Part shown: piece after piece, positions 9,511 through 23,815 of the stretch
Layout: every line of letters starts with the position of its first letter
Numbering within the stretch: position 1 is the stretch's first letter
Assembly: GCF_001194135.2 (NCBI RefSeq)
Contig: NC_068994.1
Span: 54,947,515-55,011,514 of the forward strand
Reading direction: 5' to 3'
DNA from: Octopus bimaculoides
Lineage: Eukaryota
DNA length: 64,000 nt
Translations under genes and position numbers: made by a program
Notes under the pieces: model-generated
Told to the model about the DNA's origin: nothing
The model's database searches: none
The model's input: only the letters and a program-made list of their open reading frames with translations

Positions 9511-11935
9511 AAGCAGACTTATGATCAAACGCATTCCAGATATGACCATCCTAACATTCTAAGTCTAGATCTACATTATCCAATATGCTCTTTCTAAAGA
9601 ATATGATTGAGATTTGACTGCTATTTCTAGCATATCAAGCAATATAAGCTTGTGAGCGCTTGTATATTTGCGAGTGTGACCATGTCAATCTGATTTGTGT
9701 TGCATAACCCATAAATCAGCAACATGCACAAATGTGTGTGATGGTTACATGCATCTGAAACCTGTCGAACTTGTTTTTCAATGTTGATCCAACAAACACA
9801 GCCACACATTAAATGGTTTTGTTCAATAGATATGACTGCCAGTAGATAATTCAGTTTCTTTTTCAGATATAGAAAGCAAATACCTTTAGCAAACAAAACG
9901 AAAGATCTAATTTACTTCCATTAAGTTCACAAAACCCTTCTAACTGCTTTAGCTTGATCTCTATCTGAAAATTTAGATTGTAACTTTGGTGCAAATTTGC
10001 TATTTCTTTTCATGTTTTACAAACGTCTGTGTTTTTCTTTTCTTTTCTTTTTTGCATGTTTCAATGGATGAAACGGTTTATTTGTCATTGCATTTAGTGT
10101 TGCGGCTGTCCACCCAACCATTTTATTGTCCATCACTCAACTGTGAAGTTGGGAGTGGAACGAGTATATTTATTACAGGACCAATATTATCGTATGTGAT
10201 GGGAATAAATATATGCACTCACATATTTGAAAACAAGATTTTCTTGAATTAAAACTTAATTATATGAATGGTTTCAGTAGAGGAAACTGAAAGAAGCCCA
10301 TTGCATGTGTGTGTATGTGTTTTTGTGTTTGTCCCTCACCACCACTTGACAGCCAGTGTTGGTTTGTCCCTGTAACTTAGCAATTTGGCAAAAGGAGACT
10401 ATTGGAACAAGTACCAGGTTTTGAAAAGTAAAGACAGAAGTGAATTTGTTTAACTAAACCTTTCATAGCAGTGCCCCAGCATGGCCACAGTCAAAGACAG
10501 AAACAACTAAAATATATACAAAAAAATTTTTTTTTTTTTTGTTAAATATAGCTGATACACAGACCTTTATGGAAGGAAGCTTTTGTGTAAGCGCTTTCTG
10601 CTGCTTTTTTTTTTTCTTTTAAATCCCCAATTTTTGATTTAAGAAAATCTTTTTCCAGAAAATATTGCAATTGTATCAAAAAAAGTTTCTAATAATTTAT
10701 GCACACACACACACATGCTATGCATATCCTCATTTTCAGACGTTACAACATATCTCTGCATGTTGTAAAAGAGTAACCAAAAGGGCTGATATAAGGAAGA
10801 ACATTTGCCAAAAGTAAAAACACTAGAAGTCTTGTCCAATGCACAATAATGTGGAAAACCCTTATATTGCCACATTTCTGTTGAAATACAAAACCATTTG
10901 TATCAATTAATTTTGTAAATAACGAAGAACTCATTGAAATAACAGTCACTACTAAGCTGGTGTTTGTAATATAAATTACAATAAAAATTTGATGGCAGGT
11001 TTAAATTCAGATCACTTTAAAACAGGGACTTTCTTTCATAGAATTAGGGGCAGCTCAGGGAGGTTGGGTAAGAAAAAGGCTGACTAAGGATTTTCTGTTA
11101 ATGTTTTTAATTGAATTATTGAGAAGCTATCAGAACCTGCTGATGAATCTATACTCATTGTGTCCCCCATTAGGCGCATTACAATAGTTGTTGCTATGCG
11201 CTTTATTGCCATTAAATAAGGGGTTTTTGTATTGCTGTTTTGGGTATGAGGCATTTTAGGATGGGCTAAATAGGACACATTTCATCATTTCAAGGTACAG
11301 CCCCCTCTTGCCAGCCTACCCTGATTACATATTTCATTCACTAGGGAACCTCTACGTGGTTCTAGAAATAGCAACCAAATCTTCCTTGAATCATACCCAA
11401 AAACCTTCAAAAAAAAAAAAAAAAGAAACTGTGCCTTCTAGATAATGTGGTCTTGAATTTCCGTTCACACAGTAAGGGCAAAATAGTCGCAGAGGGGAAG
11501 GGCTTTGATCACAGGGCCGCCCCCAGCCACTTCACACCTACACAAAGTGGGGCAGATGGTGGGTGAGACTAAACAACAACATCAATGGATGACTGGTCTT
11601 ACTCTATTTTATTTTCTCTCTAATACCCCCAGCCCATCAACACCACTCCTAATATTGCGCAACCGACAACTCTACCCCAGTCACAATCAACACCACCACC
11701 ACCACCTTCATCATGACTTTTTTTTTTCAGTGCTCTGTGATCCCACCCACCAATAAGTAAAAATGTTGAACTAGATATAGCGAACAGCACCAGCAAGCGT
11801 GAATTAGTGACACTGTTTTGTTCCAATTATAAACATAGAATAAAGAGGACAGTGTAAAGAGAGAAGCAGATAGATAGGCAGAAATTTAGATAGGCAGAAA
11901 GAAAGATAAGCAGAAAGATAGACAGATAGATAGGC

Positions 11936-11968
<33 letters not shown>

Positions 11969-11988
11969 TAGACATTAGATAGGCAGAA

Positions 11989-12021
<33 letters not shown>

Positions 12022-12719
12022 TAGGCAGAGAGATAGATAGGCAGAGAGATAGATAGACAGATAGATAGGCAGAGAGATGGACTGATAAATAGGCAGAGAG
12101 ATAGACAAATGTATTAACAGATAGATAGACATATTGACAGATAAAGATATTGACAGACAGAGCGTGGTCGATGCCAGTGGCGCCTGACTGGCACCCGTGC
12201 TGCCTGACTGGTACCCATGCTTGTGGCACATAAAAAGCACCCACTACACTCTCGGAGTGGTTGGCGTTAGGAAGGGCATCCTGCAGTAGAAACCTTACCA
12301 AATCAGATTGGAGCCTGCTGCAGCCTCCCGGCTTATTAGATTTCAGTCAAATCGTCCAACCCATGCTAGCTGTGTGTTTACATTCTTGTAAAGTACCAGG
12401 TTTTAAAAAATATATGTACTGGGGTCAATTCTTCAAAGCAGTTCCCAGCATGGCGGCAGCCTAAGGATAAACTAAACAAGTAAAAGATTAAAAAAATGTT
12501 ATTTATATACGTGTGTATATATTTCATTTTTGTCTCTGGCTTACAAGATTCTTTATGTGGATTTGTGTGTTGAAACAAATTTTGTTGTGTCTAGGGTAAG
12601 TCATTATGCCAATATTAATAATACATGCACTGGTTCACTTCTAATCCATTACCGATCAATTGGATCCAACAAACTAATTGATTGTTTGTTAAACTTGGTT
12701 AAACAGTAAGTCGTGTGTA

Positions 12720-12757
<38 letters not shown>

Positions 12758-15700
12758 GACAGAATTCTTTCCATATCTGTCTTAAATCTATTCATAAGGT
12801 TTTGGTTGGCCTGGGGGCTATAACAGAAGTCCCTTGAGATGCCAAGCAGTGGGACTGAACCTGAAACCGTGTGACTGGGGAGCAAACTTCTTTCTTTTCT
12901 CCCCACTCCCACCTCCACTTTCCCTTTCTTCTACTTACTGCTTAGTTTCTGAAAACTCCCCTCAATCTTCCCCCCATGTAATCACCATTATCGCATTCTC
13001 ATAATTACTCTATCAATTTTCTTATCTCTCTCTCAGTTTTCACCTCCTCCTCCCTTCCCTCCTACAAATGACACACACTCCCTTCCTTTCTCACTGTCCT
13101 TGTTTTTGTTTTTCTCTTAATCATATTTACACACACACACACACACACACACAATTGTTCTCATTCACAAATTACACAATCTGTTCCTGTTATTACATCA
13201 TAACTGAGTAACCTCATATCACAAGCACACACTAACAATTATCTGGAATATTCTCCCAGTCTTTGAAAGATGAACTCATTAAAATTCTAGCATTTAAAAA
13301 TAAGGCAACATTTATGAAGAAACGGTACTGTTCTTTGACGAGGCAATTCTTCATGAGGAACGAACCATTTCTTTGCTTTAAAATCACAATACACATCTAT
13401 ACAGACACTCCACATGGTCAACACTCCTTCAAAGAAATGTAAGACTTTTTAATTAAATTGCATCATCATATATAAACAGACACATATCTATCTCTAAGTG
13501 TGTGTATACATATACACACATATACATCACATACACATATATATATTCTTTTACTTGTTTTGGTCCATCAGACTGCAGCCATGCTGGAGCACCACCTTGA
13601 AAAATTTTAATCAAACAAATTGACCCCAGGGCTTATTCCTAAGGTCGGTGCTTATTTTATCAGTCTCTTTTGCTGCACTGCTAAGCTACAGGGATGTAAT
13701 TCACATGATTCTATAAATCACTTCATGGCAGAATTAACAGTCAACACTATTTAAGCATTTTATCTGAAACCGTGTTTATATGAAGTTAGACATTATAAGC
13801 ACAGATCTGTGAAGAAAAAGGGACGAGTAGCAACAGTCTTGAACCTCCTCATTATTGTTTTCTAGGCAACCTTAGTTATAGATTATAATCAAGAGATTAC
13901 CTGTCATTGATGAAAGTGTACCATACTCCTTCAGATAAACATAAAGCATTACATCCATTACTATTAGTTGTTATCAATTTGACTGAATGAAGAGATGTTA
14001 CTAGTTACTACTGTGTTATTAATTAAACTTAGGTGTGGTTTGTGTTGATTAGGTAACAAAAAAAAAAACAACCCATTAATTGACAAAATTCATACTCGTG
14101 ATTTTAGCTTAGAAATTCAACACCTCCCTATCACACACACACACACACACATACACACTTTCAGCTCCTTAATTAATAGTGGTTTCAAAGTTCAACAAAT
14201 TATCTACACTCTTAATTGAAGACCTGTTTATTTATTATATTCTATACAATGTTGTAATAATTGTGTGTGGTAGATTTTAACAGGCAGCAGTAACAGCCAC
14301 AACCACCACCATTAACAGGTCCTTGAGTGCTTCGAGAGAAATTAATTTAGTTGCAAGCATTTAGATTAAGGCGCTGATTTTCTCTTCTCTGATCAAGGTT
14401 CAAAGATGTTCATTCATGACAGATTAGGGAAGGTGCAGGGCAAAGACTTTAAAAAAATCAAGGGGACTCCTTATACCTTGACTAACACACACACACACAT
14501 ATGTATGTATATATGCATGTGTTTATATCATCATCATCATCGTTTAACATCTGTTTTCCATGCTGGTTCGATTGAGGTCTGGGAAGCCAGGAGGCTGCAC
14601 CAGGCCCCAATCTGATCTGGCAATGTTTCTACAGCTAGATGCCCTTCCTAACACCAACCACTCAGAGTGTAGTGGGTGCTTTTTACGTGCCACCGGCACA
14701 GGGGCCAGTGGAGGTGGCATCGACCACGATCAGATGGTGCTTTTTTTTAGTAAAATGACTTAGTCATCATTAAGCTGATGTTAGGAACATAAATTGTGAC
14801 TAAGGTTTGGTGGAAGCTTTTAATCCAGAACTTTTGACAACAAGACATTTATACTAGAGAGCCAGAAGCAGTTTCAACCCGGTTAGTATTGAAAGGGTTA
14901 AACTTCATGTAAGATTCCAACAAGATATTCATACCATCTGACAAGACACACTGCTGCCACCATTATCACAATCATCCTCACCATCACCACAACCACCACC
15001 CTACTTTGAATCTTTCTATAAAATTCCATCCTTCCTCTCTGAATGCATATAATACAATCCACCACCCCTCCCTTTTCTGTTCCCTTAGCATCCAACATCT
15101 ATCTATCAACCCCTGTTCACTACTACATCTGACTGCTCCCTTCGACAAGGACCTTCCCCCAACACCTTACTCCAACAACTACGCAACACAACAAAATTAC
15201 TGATCCTCAACACCACCACCATAACGCAAACACTAAAAGACAAAAACATAATTTTAAAAGAAGCAAAAGCAAAAACAAAACCAAAACACACCAAGAATTC
15301 TTAGAAGGAACCCTAAAAATAAATAAACGAATAACTATTACAAGCTAGAACTCACAATCTCTTGAAATTCTTACATGGAAGACTGGATCAATATCGTATT
15401 TCATTTCTATATTTCATTTGTGTGTGTGTGTGTATAACTATGTATGCGTATATCATGATGATGATGATGATGATGATATATATATATATGTATATTTATA
15501 TGTGTGTGTATATATATGTATGTATATGTATATATATATGTATGTGTGTATGTATATATATATATGTACACATGTATATGCATATATATATATATTCATA
15601 TGTACACATGTATATGCATATATATATATATATATATAATATATATATATATATACACATTTATAGGCATATATATATATACATATACATATATACACAT

Positions 15701-16549
15701 GTATATGCATATATATATATATNNNNNNNNNNNNNNNNNNNNNNNNNNNNNNNNNNNNNNNNNNNNNNNNNNNNNNNNNNNNNNNNNNNNNNNNNNNNNN
15801 NNNNNNNNNNNNNNNNNNNNNNNNNNNNNNNNNNNNNNNNNNNNNNNNNNNNNNNNNNNNNNNNNNNNNNNNNNNNNNNNNNNNNNNNNNNNNNNNNNNN
15901 NNNNNNNNNNNNNNNNNNNNNNNNNNNNNNNNNNNNNNNNNNNNNNNNNNNNNNNNNNNNNNNNNNNNNNNNNNNNNNNNNNNNNNNNNNNNNNNNNNNN
16001 NNNNNNNNNNNNNNNNNNNNNNNNNNNNNNNNNNNNNNNNNNNNNNNNNNNNNNNNNNNNNNNNNNNNNNNNNNNNNNNNNNNNNNNNNNNNNNNNNNNN
16101 NNNNNNNNNNNNNNNNNNNTGTTTAGAATTTTATTTGTCAATCTTTTTTACCATCTTAGTATATTTTTTTCTTTCCCTCCTTTTAGCACATTGTATACAA
16201 ATTTAAAATATAGATCCTTCATACACATACACATAAACCTATTATTTTAAACTACAAATTTTGGGAATGTAATATGTCTTTGACAATCAAATAAAACTTC
16301 TTTTTTGTTTTTTTTAAACTTACTTGTCTATTTATGAAAGAAAATTCATAACATTGCTATGGCAACATAAAAAGACTTAACTCGTTTACTACCAGAAATA
16401 CCTTTCAGAATATTTAAGTTGAAATACAATGTCTTTGATTCAAATAATTTAGAAAATAAAGAAGTTAGTTAAGTAGTTGTCATTATTAAATTGATGCTTG
16501 GAATATAAGTCAACACAAAATTTTGAAGGAAAGTTTTAATCAAGATTAA

Positions 16550-17295
16550 TTTAACCCTTTTGTTACCATGTTTCTACTGAAAAGCACTGCCATAGCTTCG
16601 ATTAATGTGGACAATTATGAAGAATTTAGTAGAATAACTTATTAGTAAGTTGGTACTTAGAACATATGAGATTTTGATGGAACATTTTAATTTAGAACAC
16701 TTTAACCTTTTTGTTACCATATACTGCATTTGTTTCAGTTGCCTTCCTGGAACTTGTGCCGGTGGCACGTGAAAAGACATTTGAGTGAGATCGTTGCCAG
16801 TGCCACTGGACTGGCTCCTGTATAGGTGGCACGTAAAAAACACCATTTTGAGCGTGACCATTGCCAGTACCACCTGACTGGCCTTCGTGCCAGTGGCACA
16901 CAAAAGCACCCACTACACTCTCGGAGTGGTTGGCGTTAGGAAGGGCATCCAGCTGTAGAAACTCTGCCAAATCAGATTGGAGCCTGGTGTAGCCATATGG
17001 TTCTCCAGTCCTCAGTCAAATCGTCCAACCCATGCTAGCATGGAAAGCGGACGTTAAACGATGATGATGATGATGATGATGAAGCATTTAGTAAAACAAT
17101 TCGTTAAGCTAGTGTTTGGAACATAAATTAACATGAAATTTTGATGGAAGGTTTTAATTTAGATTACTTTAACACTTTTGTTACCATATTAGTATTGAAA
17201 TATACACTGCCTTTGTTTGGATCAGTTTAAAACAAGAAGTTTGTATCATATAACCAGAGGTGGTCATAAGTGGGTTGCTATCAAAAGGGTTAATT
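16550..17295. mobile_element. Cluster of TTAACCCTTTTGTTACC-type MITE copies (family D), interrupted by a family-B SINE; related copies at ~6800-6965, 10900-11035, 14760-14900, 37605-37790, 41665-41800, 52205-52375 and 53345-53480
   Basis: Repeated TTAACCCTTTTGTTACCAT starts (16551, ~16702, ~17169), an AAAAGGGTTAA end at ~17292, and shared internal AAGCTGGTGTTTGGAACATAAATTAAC...GATGGAAGGTTTTAATTTAGA. Confidence 0.65.
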
Positions 17296-19503
17296 CTGTC
17301 TCTTCACAATTAGGAAATATTTCAACATAAAACTAATGAAACTCTTTAGAATCTCAACAATATAACTAGGATGAAGGCCTGTAAATAGATTAGCACCCTT
17401 TTTCTACTTTTAATCACTAGTTAAAGCTACTGTAAACCACAAGCTCAATCTGCTAAAAATAGCAGTCAAATCTCCCTCAAATTACACTCTATTATCTTAC
17501 AACTAACAAAGAACACACATTGTATAATGTAGATGCACAATCTAAAAAATAGACAGGATGGACATGGCTGGATTGCCTTTGACCATAGGTCTGCTTGATC
17601 AGCACTGAACTGAGGTTACAAAACAAGCCATCTTTTCTCAACTGCTAGTAAAAGTATGAATGTCTCTAGGGAGTTCTCAAGTAAGCTTAATGATTGATAT
17701 TATTTTGCTAAGTATAGGGGACAATTACAAACATGTTCCAGCCTTATTACACATCTTCAGCAAAAACAAACTTCACTTTCACTTGCCATAGAAGCAATGA
17801 GAGAATCACTACTTTGATAAAAAAAAATCTTGAACGATATTGTCCATCTTTATGATTCTTTCATAATTACTTTTGCAAGATATGGAAAAAAAAACAAATA
17901 AATAAAAACGAAGTCTGTACTTCACAGAAGAGGTTTGTCGAGACTAAAACATGCCTGGAATTGTCTCCCATGTCTGTCAAAATCATTAAAACAATATTTG
18001 TTGTCTTAAAATCCAATTCTCCATGCTTGCACGAGTCAGATGGAATTCACCAAAGTAGAATTTCTATGGCCACATGCCTTTCCTGTTGCCAATTCTCACC
18101 TGTTAACGAGCCAGGTGATGCTTCCCTTTGACTAGACATGTTTTCAAGGACTAAAAACAAATGATACCACCTTTATAACAGTGATACTCGATTACAGCCA
18201 TCACTCAATGACAAGACAGAGAGAGACACAAACATACATGTATTGTCATCATGTCAACTTTACCATTCTTGTGTGAACCAAACGGAATTTGTTGAGGCAG
18301 ATTTTCTCCAGCCAGATATTCTTCCTGTCACCAACCCTACTTGGTTCCAAGCCAGGTAATACTTCACCATGGCCAAGCATGTTTTTCATGGGTGACTAGA
18401 AACAAACAACCTCACTCATATAACAATGCTGCTCATTTACAGCCATCACAGGATGTCTAGACAAGGGTGCATGCCCCTCTTAGCATCAACCACTTTACAG
18501 CATGTACTGGATGTTTTGGGAGTCTTTTTTTTTTCCATGGCACCAACACTAGTGAGGTCACCATGCAGCCTGCAAGACAACAATCCCCTTCAACTGAGAG
18601 GGGCTACAGTAGAGAGGAAAGTGGCTTTATGCTATGGGATGAGGGATTAAGAGAACAAGGTCTAGAACAGAACAGGTGTCTTGTAGAAAAGCGACAAGGC
18701 TACTTTTAAGAGAGAGAAGGGACATAGCTGGAGTAGAACTGGAAAGAGAGATAAAAAGTAGTGATGGTGAAGTGGCAGGACCCTTAAGGTGAGCAGAAGT
18801 GATCAGGGGAGAGAAAAACAGATAGATTAGGTGGTTAGAGTTTACAAGAGTATATGGGGAAAGTGATGGCTGGTTAGAAAGGTATGGTATGAGAGGGAGA
18901 AAATGTACAGATGTGATGTGTTTACCTTTTTAACTCAAGAGGGAAAGCACTGCACACGACAGGGCCTCTGACACAAACAGGACAGAGGGAAGGAGGGATT
19001 TCTAAACCTGAAAGTTTGCCTGAATGCTTACAATAGAGTGGACCCCACTAAAGATACCCCAGGTGCCTGGTGGCAGCGTTAAACTGGAAGATGGATTGAG
19101 TTTCTCACTAAAGTAGGCCGTGGCAAGGGTTGTAACAAATACCATGAGGCATCCAGTCTGACATTCATACAATCCACCACTACCACTACCCTGGTACTAC
19201 TTTATTGACCCTGAAAGAATGAAAAGGCAAAGCTAACCTCAGCTGGATTTGAACTTAGAGCAGAGAGAGTCTGAAGTAATACAACAAAGCATTCTCTCCA
19301 ACACTGAAACCATTCTGTCAATTCATTGTGTATTATGTATGAAGGATTTACTCTTTTATAGACACTCACCGTAAGAGAGTAGCCATGCTGGAGCACAAGC
19401 AGCAAGTGTTTAGTCAATCATAGACTCCAGAGCTTATTCCAAAATGGCATATATTTTGTCAATGTTAGTTTCTTAGACAGCTAAAAGAGATAAAAGGACA
19501 CAA

Positions 19504-19542
<39 letters not shown>

Positions 19543-19747
19543 CTTATACACAAGAGATTTCTGCACAGTTTCCATCTATTAAATTCCACTAACAAGGAAT
19601 TTTTCAACCTGAGGTGCTGTGGAGTGGGATAAACCTGGGAATATATGGTTGCTAAGCAAATCTTTTAATGACACAGCACACTCTTGTCATTCTGTGTGTG
19701 TGTATCACATACTTGCACATCATTATAGGAGTATATATATATGTGTA

Positions 19748-19788
<41 letters not shown>

Positions 19789-20529
19789 GGCAGGTTTATC
19801 TTCAGTTTCCATCCACCAAACCCATTGACAATGCTTTGGTAAGCCTAAGGCTGTAGTAGAAGACACTTGTCCAAAGTGATATGAGGTGAGACTGAACCTG
19901 GAACTATGGGATTGGGAAGTAAACTTCTTACCACACAGCCATGCCTGCAGATAGACAGACACACAGGTAGGTAGATAGGTAGGTAGGTAGGTAGGTAGGT
20001 AGGTAGATAGATAGACAGATAGATATGTAGATAGATAGATAGGTATAGACAGATAGAGAGACAGATAGATAGGTAGACAGATAGATAGATAGATAGGTGG
20101 GTGGATGGATAGATAAACAGATATTCTATTTAATCCTTGAAAGCATGGAAAAACTGAAAGTGAGATAAATGTTACATATGAGAGCAGTGTGTGTGTGTGT
20201 GTGTATAAAATGTATATGAACTTAGATAGTACAATCTTAGTTAATCTAAAGACAGCTCAACAAGTAGCCGGTGCTATGATTTTATATATAATGATGATGA
20301 TGATGATGATGATGATGGTGATGATGATGTCTATGTGAATTAAACAAACTGGAAAAGAAAAGACCTCAAATGTACCACACAAAGAAAGCATAGAAATATT
20401 TACCACAAGTGTAAATCCACTGACCGTGAGGACGATTGCAGGAAATTTTGAGGCCTGTATTTGACTCCATAATATGGCAATCATAACACACATCTGACAC
20501 AAGGGTATATCAAACACTTGATTTTGTAC

Positions 20530-20573
<44 letters not shown>

Positions 20574-21309
20574 TATATGTATGTATATTTATGTGTGTGT
20601 GCCTATGTATGGTGTGTATCTAGGTAAATTGCAACATAGAAGCAGTAAATTTCGTCATCAAATTGTGTTCTGCTCACTCTAAGAAAAATGGTTAGAATTT
20701 TTTCTAAAATAAATAAATAAATAAATAAGGGAGTAGCTTCTCGTTACTGCAATAAAGTGAGAATATGAATATCAATTTTTAAAAAAAATATATGAGCCAT
20801 GCTTAAAATATAAAGAGCCTTGAATTGCTGTCTACATATACATAGATGTACACATTCAACGTTGTTAAGTTAAAAGAGATATTCCTTGAGCTTTATGCAA
20901 TAATTCTTGCCATAAATAAATACGATTTAATGATATGATTTACAAAATAAATAAATAAATAAAATTAAGAATGAATGACAGAGGACGACAAGAACAATAA
21001 GAACAACAAGATTGTAGTGGAAACAATGCACTGTCAGGCTAAAAAAAAATATTAAAAAAGAAGGAAGCTTTTAAACAAAGCAATGAAATTCTTTCAAAAA
21101 TCTCTTCATACAGGGAAAAATATCGATCGATATTGAAATATCTAAACACACTATAATATTGGAATACATTTTATATTTATAGAATATTAGTTCTAGCACG
21201 ACCACCCGCTCCCTACCACCACCACCACTATCACCCTAATTTAAAAAAAAATTTTATCCTATTTTATTTAAAGCAAACGTCTTTGTCTGAGGTTGTTAGT
21301 GCGTGTGTG

Positions 21310-21341
<32 letters not shown>

Positions 21342-21476
21342 CATGTATGTATGTGTGTTGCCAAAATATGTATTTAATCTTGACTATTCAGGTTCAATAA
21401 GGAAATGTTTTTTGTGAAAATAAAGCTCATAGGCTTGGTCTACGTACAGGCAGTATGTTATATGATTGTGTGTTAT

Positions 21477-21521
<45 letters not shown>

Positions 21522-21580
21522 ATATTTATGAACGTATACTCGCATTAATGTGTGTGCGAGCGTATGTGTGTGTGTGCGTG

Positions 21581-21613
<33 letters not shown>

Positions 21614-21906
21614 ATATACTACATGCTTGTATAATTTAATGTGCCATGAACGGCGCACAATATTGATAATTCTTCTTATTTAATAAATATTTCTGTACAA
21701 ACAGAAATTCGCGCGCGCACACAGACACAAAAATATATGTATATCTATCAATTTATACATACACACACACACAAGACCACGCGCGCACACGTACACACAC
21801 ACACAGGCACGCGTGCACTCACACATACAGACAGGCATAAATATATCATATATATATATATATATGCATGCATATACATGTGTACATACATACACGCACC
21901 TGTCTA

Positions 21907-21950
<44 letters not shown>

Positions 21951-23573
21951 TACACGAGCGCGTATATGTACGTATGTATATATGTATGCTTGTATGTTAT
22001 GAGTTGTGGAAGAAAGAAAGACAAACGGAGGAATTCGGTTTGACAGTTCTACGCGAAGTAGTCAGAAATATTGATTTAATTCTTTACATATGCAAAACGA
22101 GGGAGATTTTATAAAAATGGAAGTGATATGGGTGGAGAGAACAAACACAATAAATATGATTTTGTGGCATTCATGCATTTCTCGTCGATCTTAGTCACAG
22201 AAATGAAGTGAAATGTGACGAGTTTGATACGGCAAGTTTGGATGTTAATTAACATGAGAGAAAAAACTTTTATTTCCAACTTGGGTTTTTTTTCTTCTTC
22301 TTGTATTAAATAAGAAAACACGAACGACCAAACGTGTGTATAGGGGTACATGACAAAATTAATGGGGTGGGGCACCACATACATACACATATATATATAA
22401 TTACGTGTATATTGACTGTAATAAGGTCGAAATCGAGCTGGGTGTGGAACTATAAATATACCAATAATACATGCAATGTTTGTGTTTTTGTATGAGTCTG
22501 TATAATAGATCTGTGTGCGTGTGCATTGATAGATAGATAATATAATTAGGGCAAACACACATATACACTACATGTGTATGTGTTTATGTATACTTTTATT
22601 TATGTTTCTGTGAGTGCGTGTGTATATATAGATATATAATACACGCACACACTTTCACCTAAACTATATAAAGCACATATATAAACGCAAATTATACAAC
22701 CACATCTAAAATGGAAACACATACGTATACACAAACGCATACTAGAAATACCAAACGCATATATACACCAATGTACACACACACATATACATGTATACAG
22801 GTATATGTATGTTTGCGTGTGTAAAAGTATGACTATGTGAATTATCAAATTGAAGTTTTTTGTACCATGGTTTTTAATATTAGTTCAGTCAAACAACACA
22901 GATGAATGTTATGGTAGAATTAATCAGAACGGAGAGTGGGGAACTAAGTGTGTGAAAATATGTGTGTATATATGTGTGTATATATATATATAAACACACA
23001 TACACACAATGTACTTACTGGCTAAATGAGCAATGTAACATGCTAGTAATAAAATGTGTTGTCGTGTACCTTCCCACATTACGAACCGGCCTTGTTAGCT
23101 TTATTAGTGTATATAGACAAACCCACACACACACGTGTGTGTGTGTGTGTGTATGTTTATATATGAGTCTGTGTAGAGTTTACTTGTTTGTTATTTATTT
23201 ATTTTTTTCATTTCAAACTGTATAAAGAAACAATTCTGAAAGGATAACGGCAAGAGACCCCTATACAGATTCTTCTGTTTATGCACATTTCTACAGCACC
23301 CACAAATAAATATATAAATATATATATATATTGTAAATAGAATTATAAGCTTTCACCATATATATTGATTATAGAAAATACGGTGAAAGCTTTTCTATTT
23401 ACAAAATTTTCAATCGTCAACGTTCCATTCGGTTATAAAAGCGTAGAATATGTACACAAAAACATGACTATATATATATGTGTGTGTGTGTGCATGTATA
23501 AGTTGGAATACATGAAAGAAGAATGGTCATGAATTAATATTGAATGTACAATTTCGCGCACATTTGGAAATAC

Positions 23574-23583
23574 CTGCAGACAT
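23574..23583 (-). CDS. Probable first coding segment (ATG TCT GCA G) of the Ubl-Ubl-TIR gene
   Basis: GAAATGTCTGCAG|gtattt gives a phase-1 donor matching the phase-1 acceptor at 8749, yielding MSAGTHRTGRCIL. It lies in a CpG-rich block just downstream (minus sense) of ETS and CRE motifs. Intervening exons are not excluded. Confidence 0.5.
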
Positions 23584-23699
23584 TTCGTTCGAAATAAACA
23601 AGCAGAATGGAATTGGTAAAGAGTTGGTACTATCAAGAGAGTCGGCGGTGATTTTGGCGTGGAGTCAAGCCGACAGCGACGAAGGTCCATGAACATCTA

Positions 23700-23815
23700 A
23701 GTTAGTTGTACACACACACATGCTGCTTACAAACAGGAAGTAATTCATGGCTAATTTCATGAATGGGCACACTAGCGGATATGACGTCATCGCCAGTTAC
23801 CGAAATCGGTTCCCA
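23700..23815. promoter_or_regulatory. Putative core promoter of the TIR gene: ETS-type motif ACAGGAAGT (23733-23741) and perfect CRE palindrome ATGACGTCAT (23781-23790)
   Basis: Both motifs are seen directly, 150-210 bp upstream (minus sense) of the candidate ATG, in locally CpG-rich sequence. Confidence 0.5.

Noticed and set aside
10639-11278. ORFs 10639-10949 and 11084-11278 as TIR-gene exons
   Set aside because: They overlap MITE family D and low-complexity sequence, end in stops without donors, and show no domain similarity.
13250-13445. Unique-looking stretch with open frames on both strands (SLKDELIKILAF... on +; KWFVPHEELPRQ... on -)
   Set aside because: There is no recognisable motif and no phase-consistent splice pair linking it to either gene; it is left unannotated.
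14560-14763. Recurrent peptide FLQLDALPNANHSESVVGAF in many ORFs
   Set aside because: It is the translation of the family-B retroposon core in one orientation, not a gene family.
15362-16250. Long ORFs spanning N runs (also 34899-35521, 46772-47335, 59875-60279, 62433-63093)
   Set aside because: They are artefacts of assembly gaps and (TA)n or (CA)n repeats.
17770-17990. Possible extra minus-strand exons of the TIR gene (acceptors TTTTGACAG at ~17985 and TTTTATCAAAG at ~17813)
   Set aside because: Donors are weak and the phases do not chain convincingly between 23574 and 8749. RNA evidence is needed.
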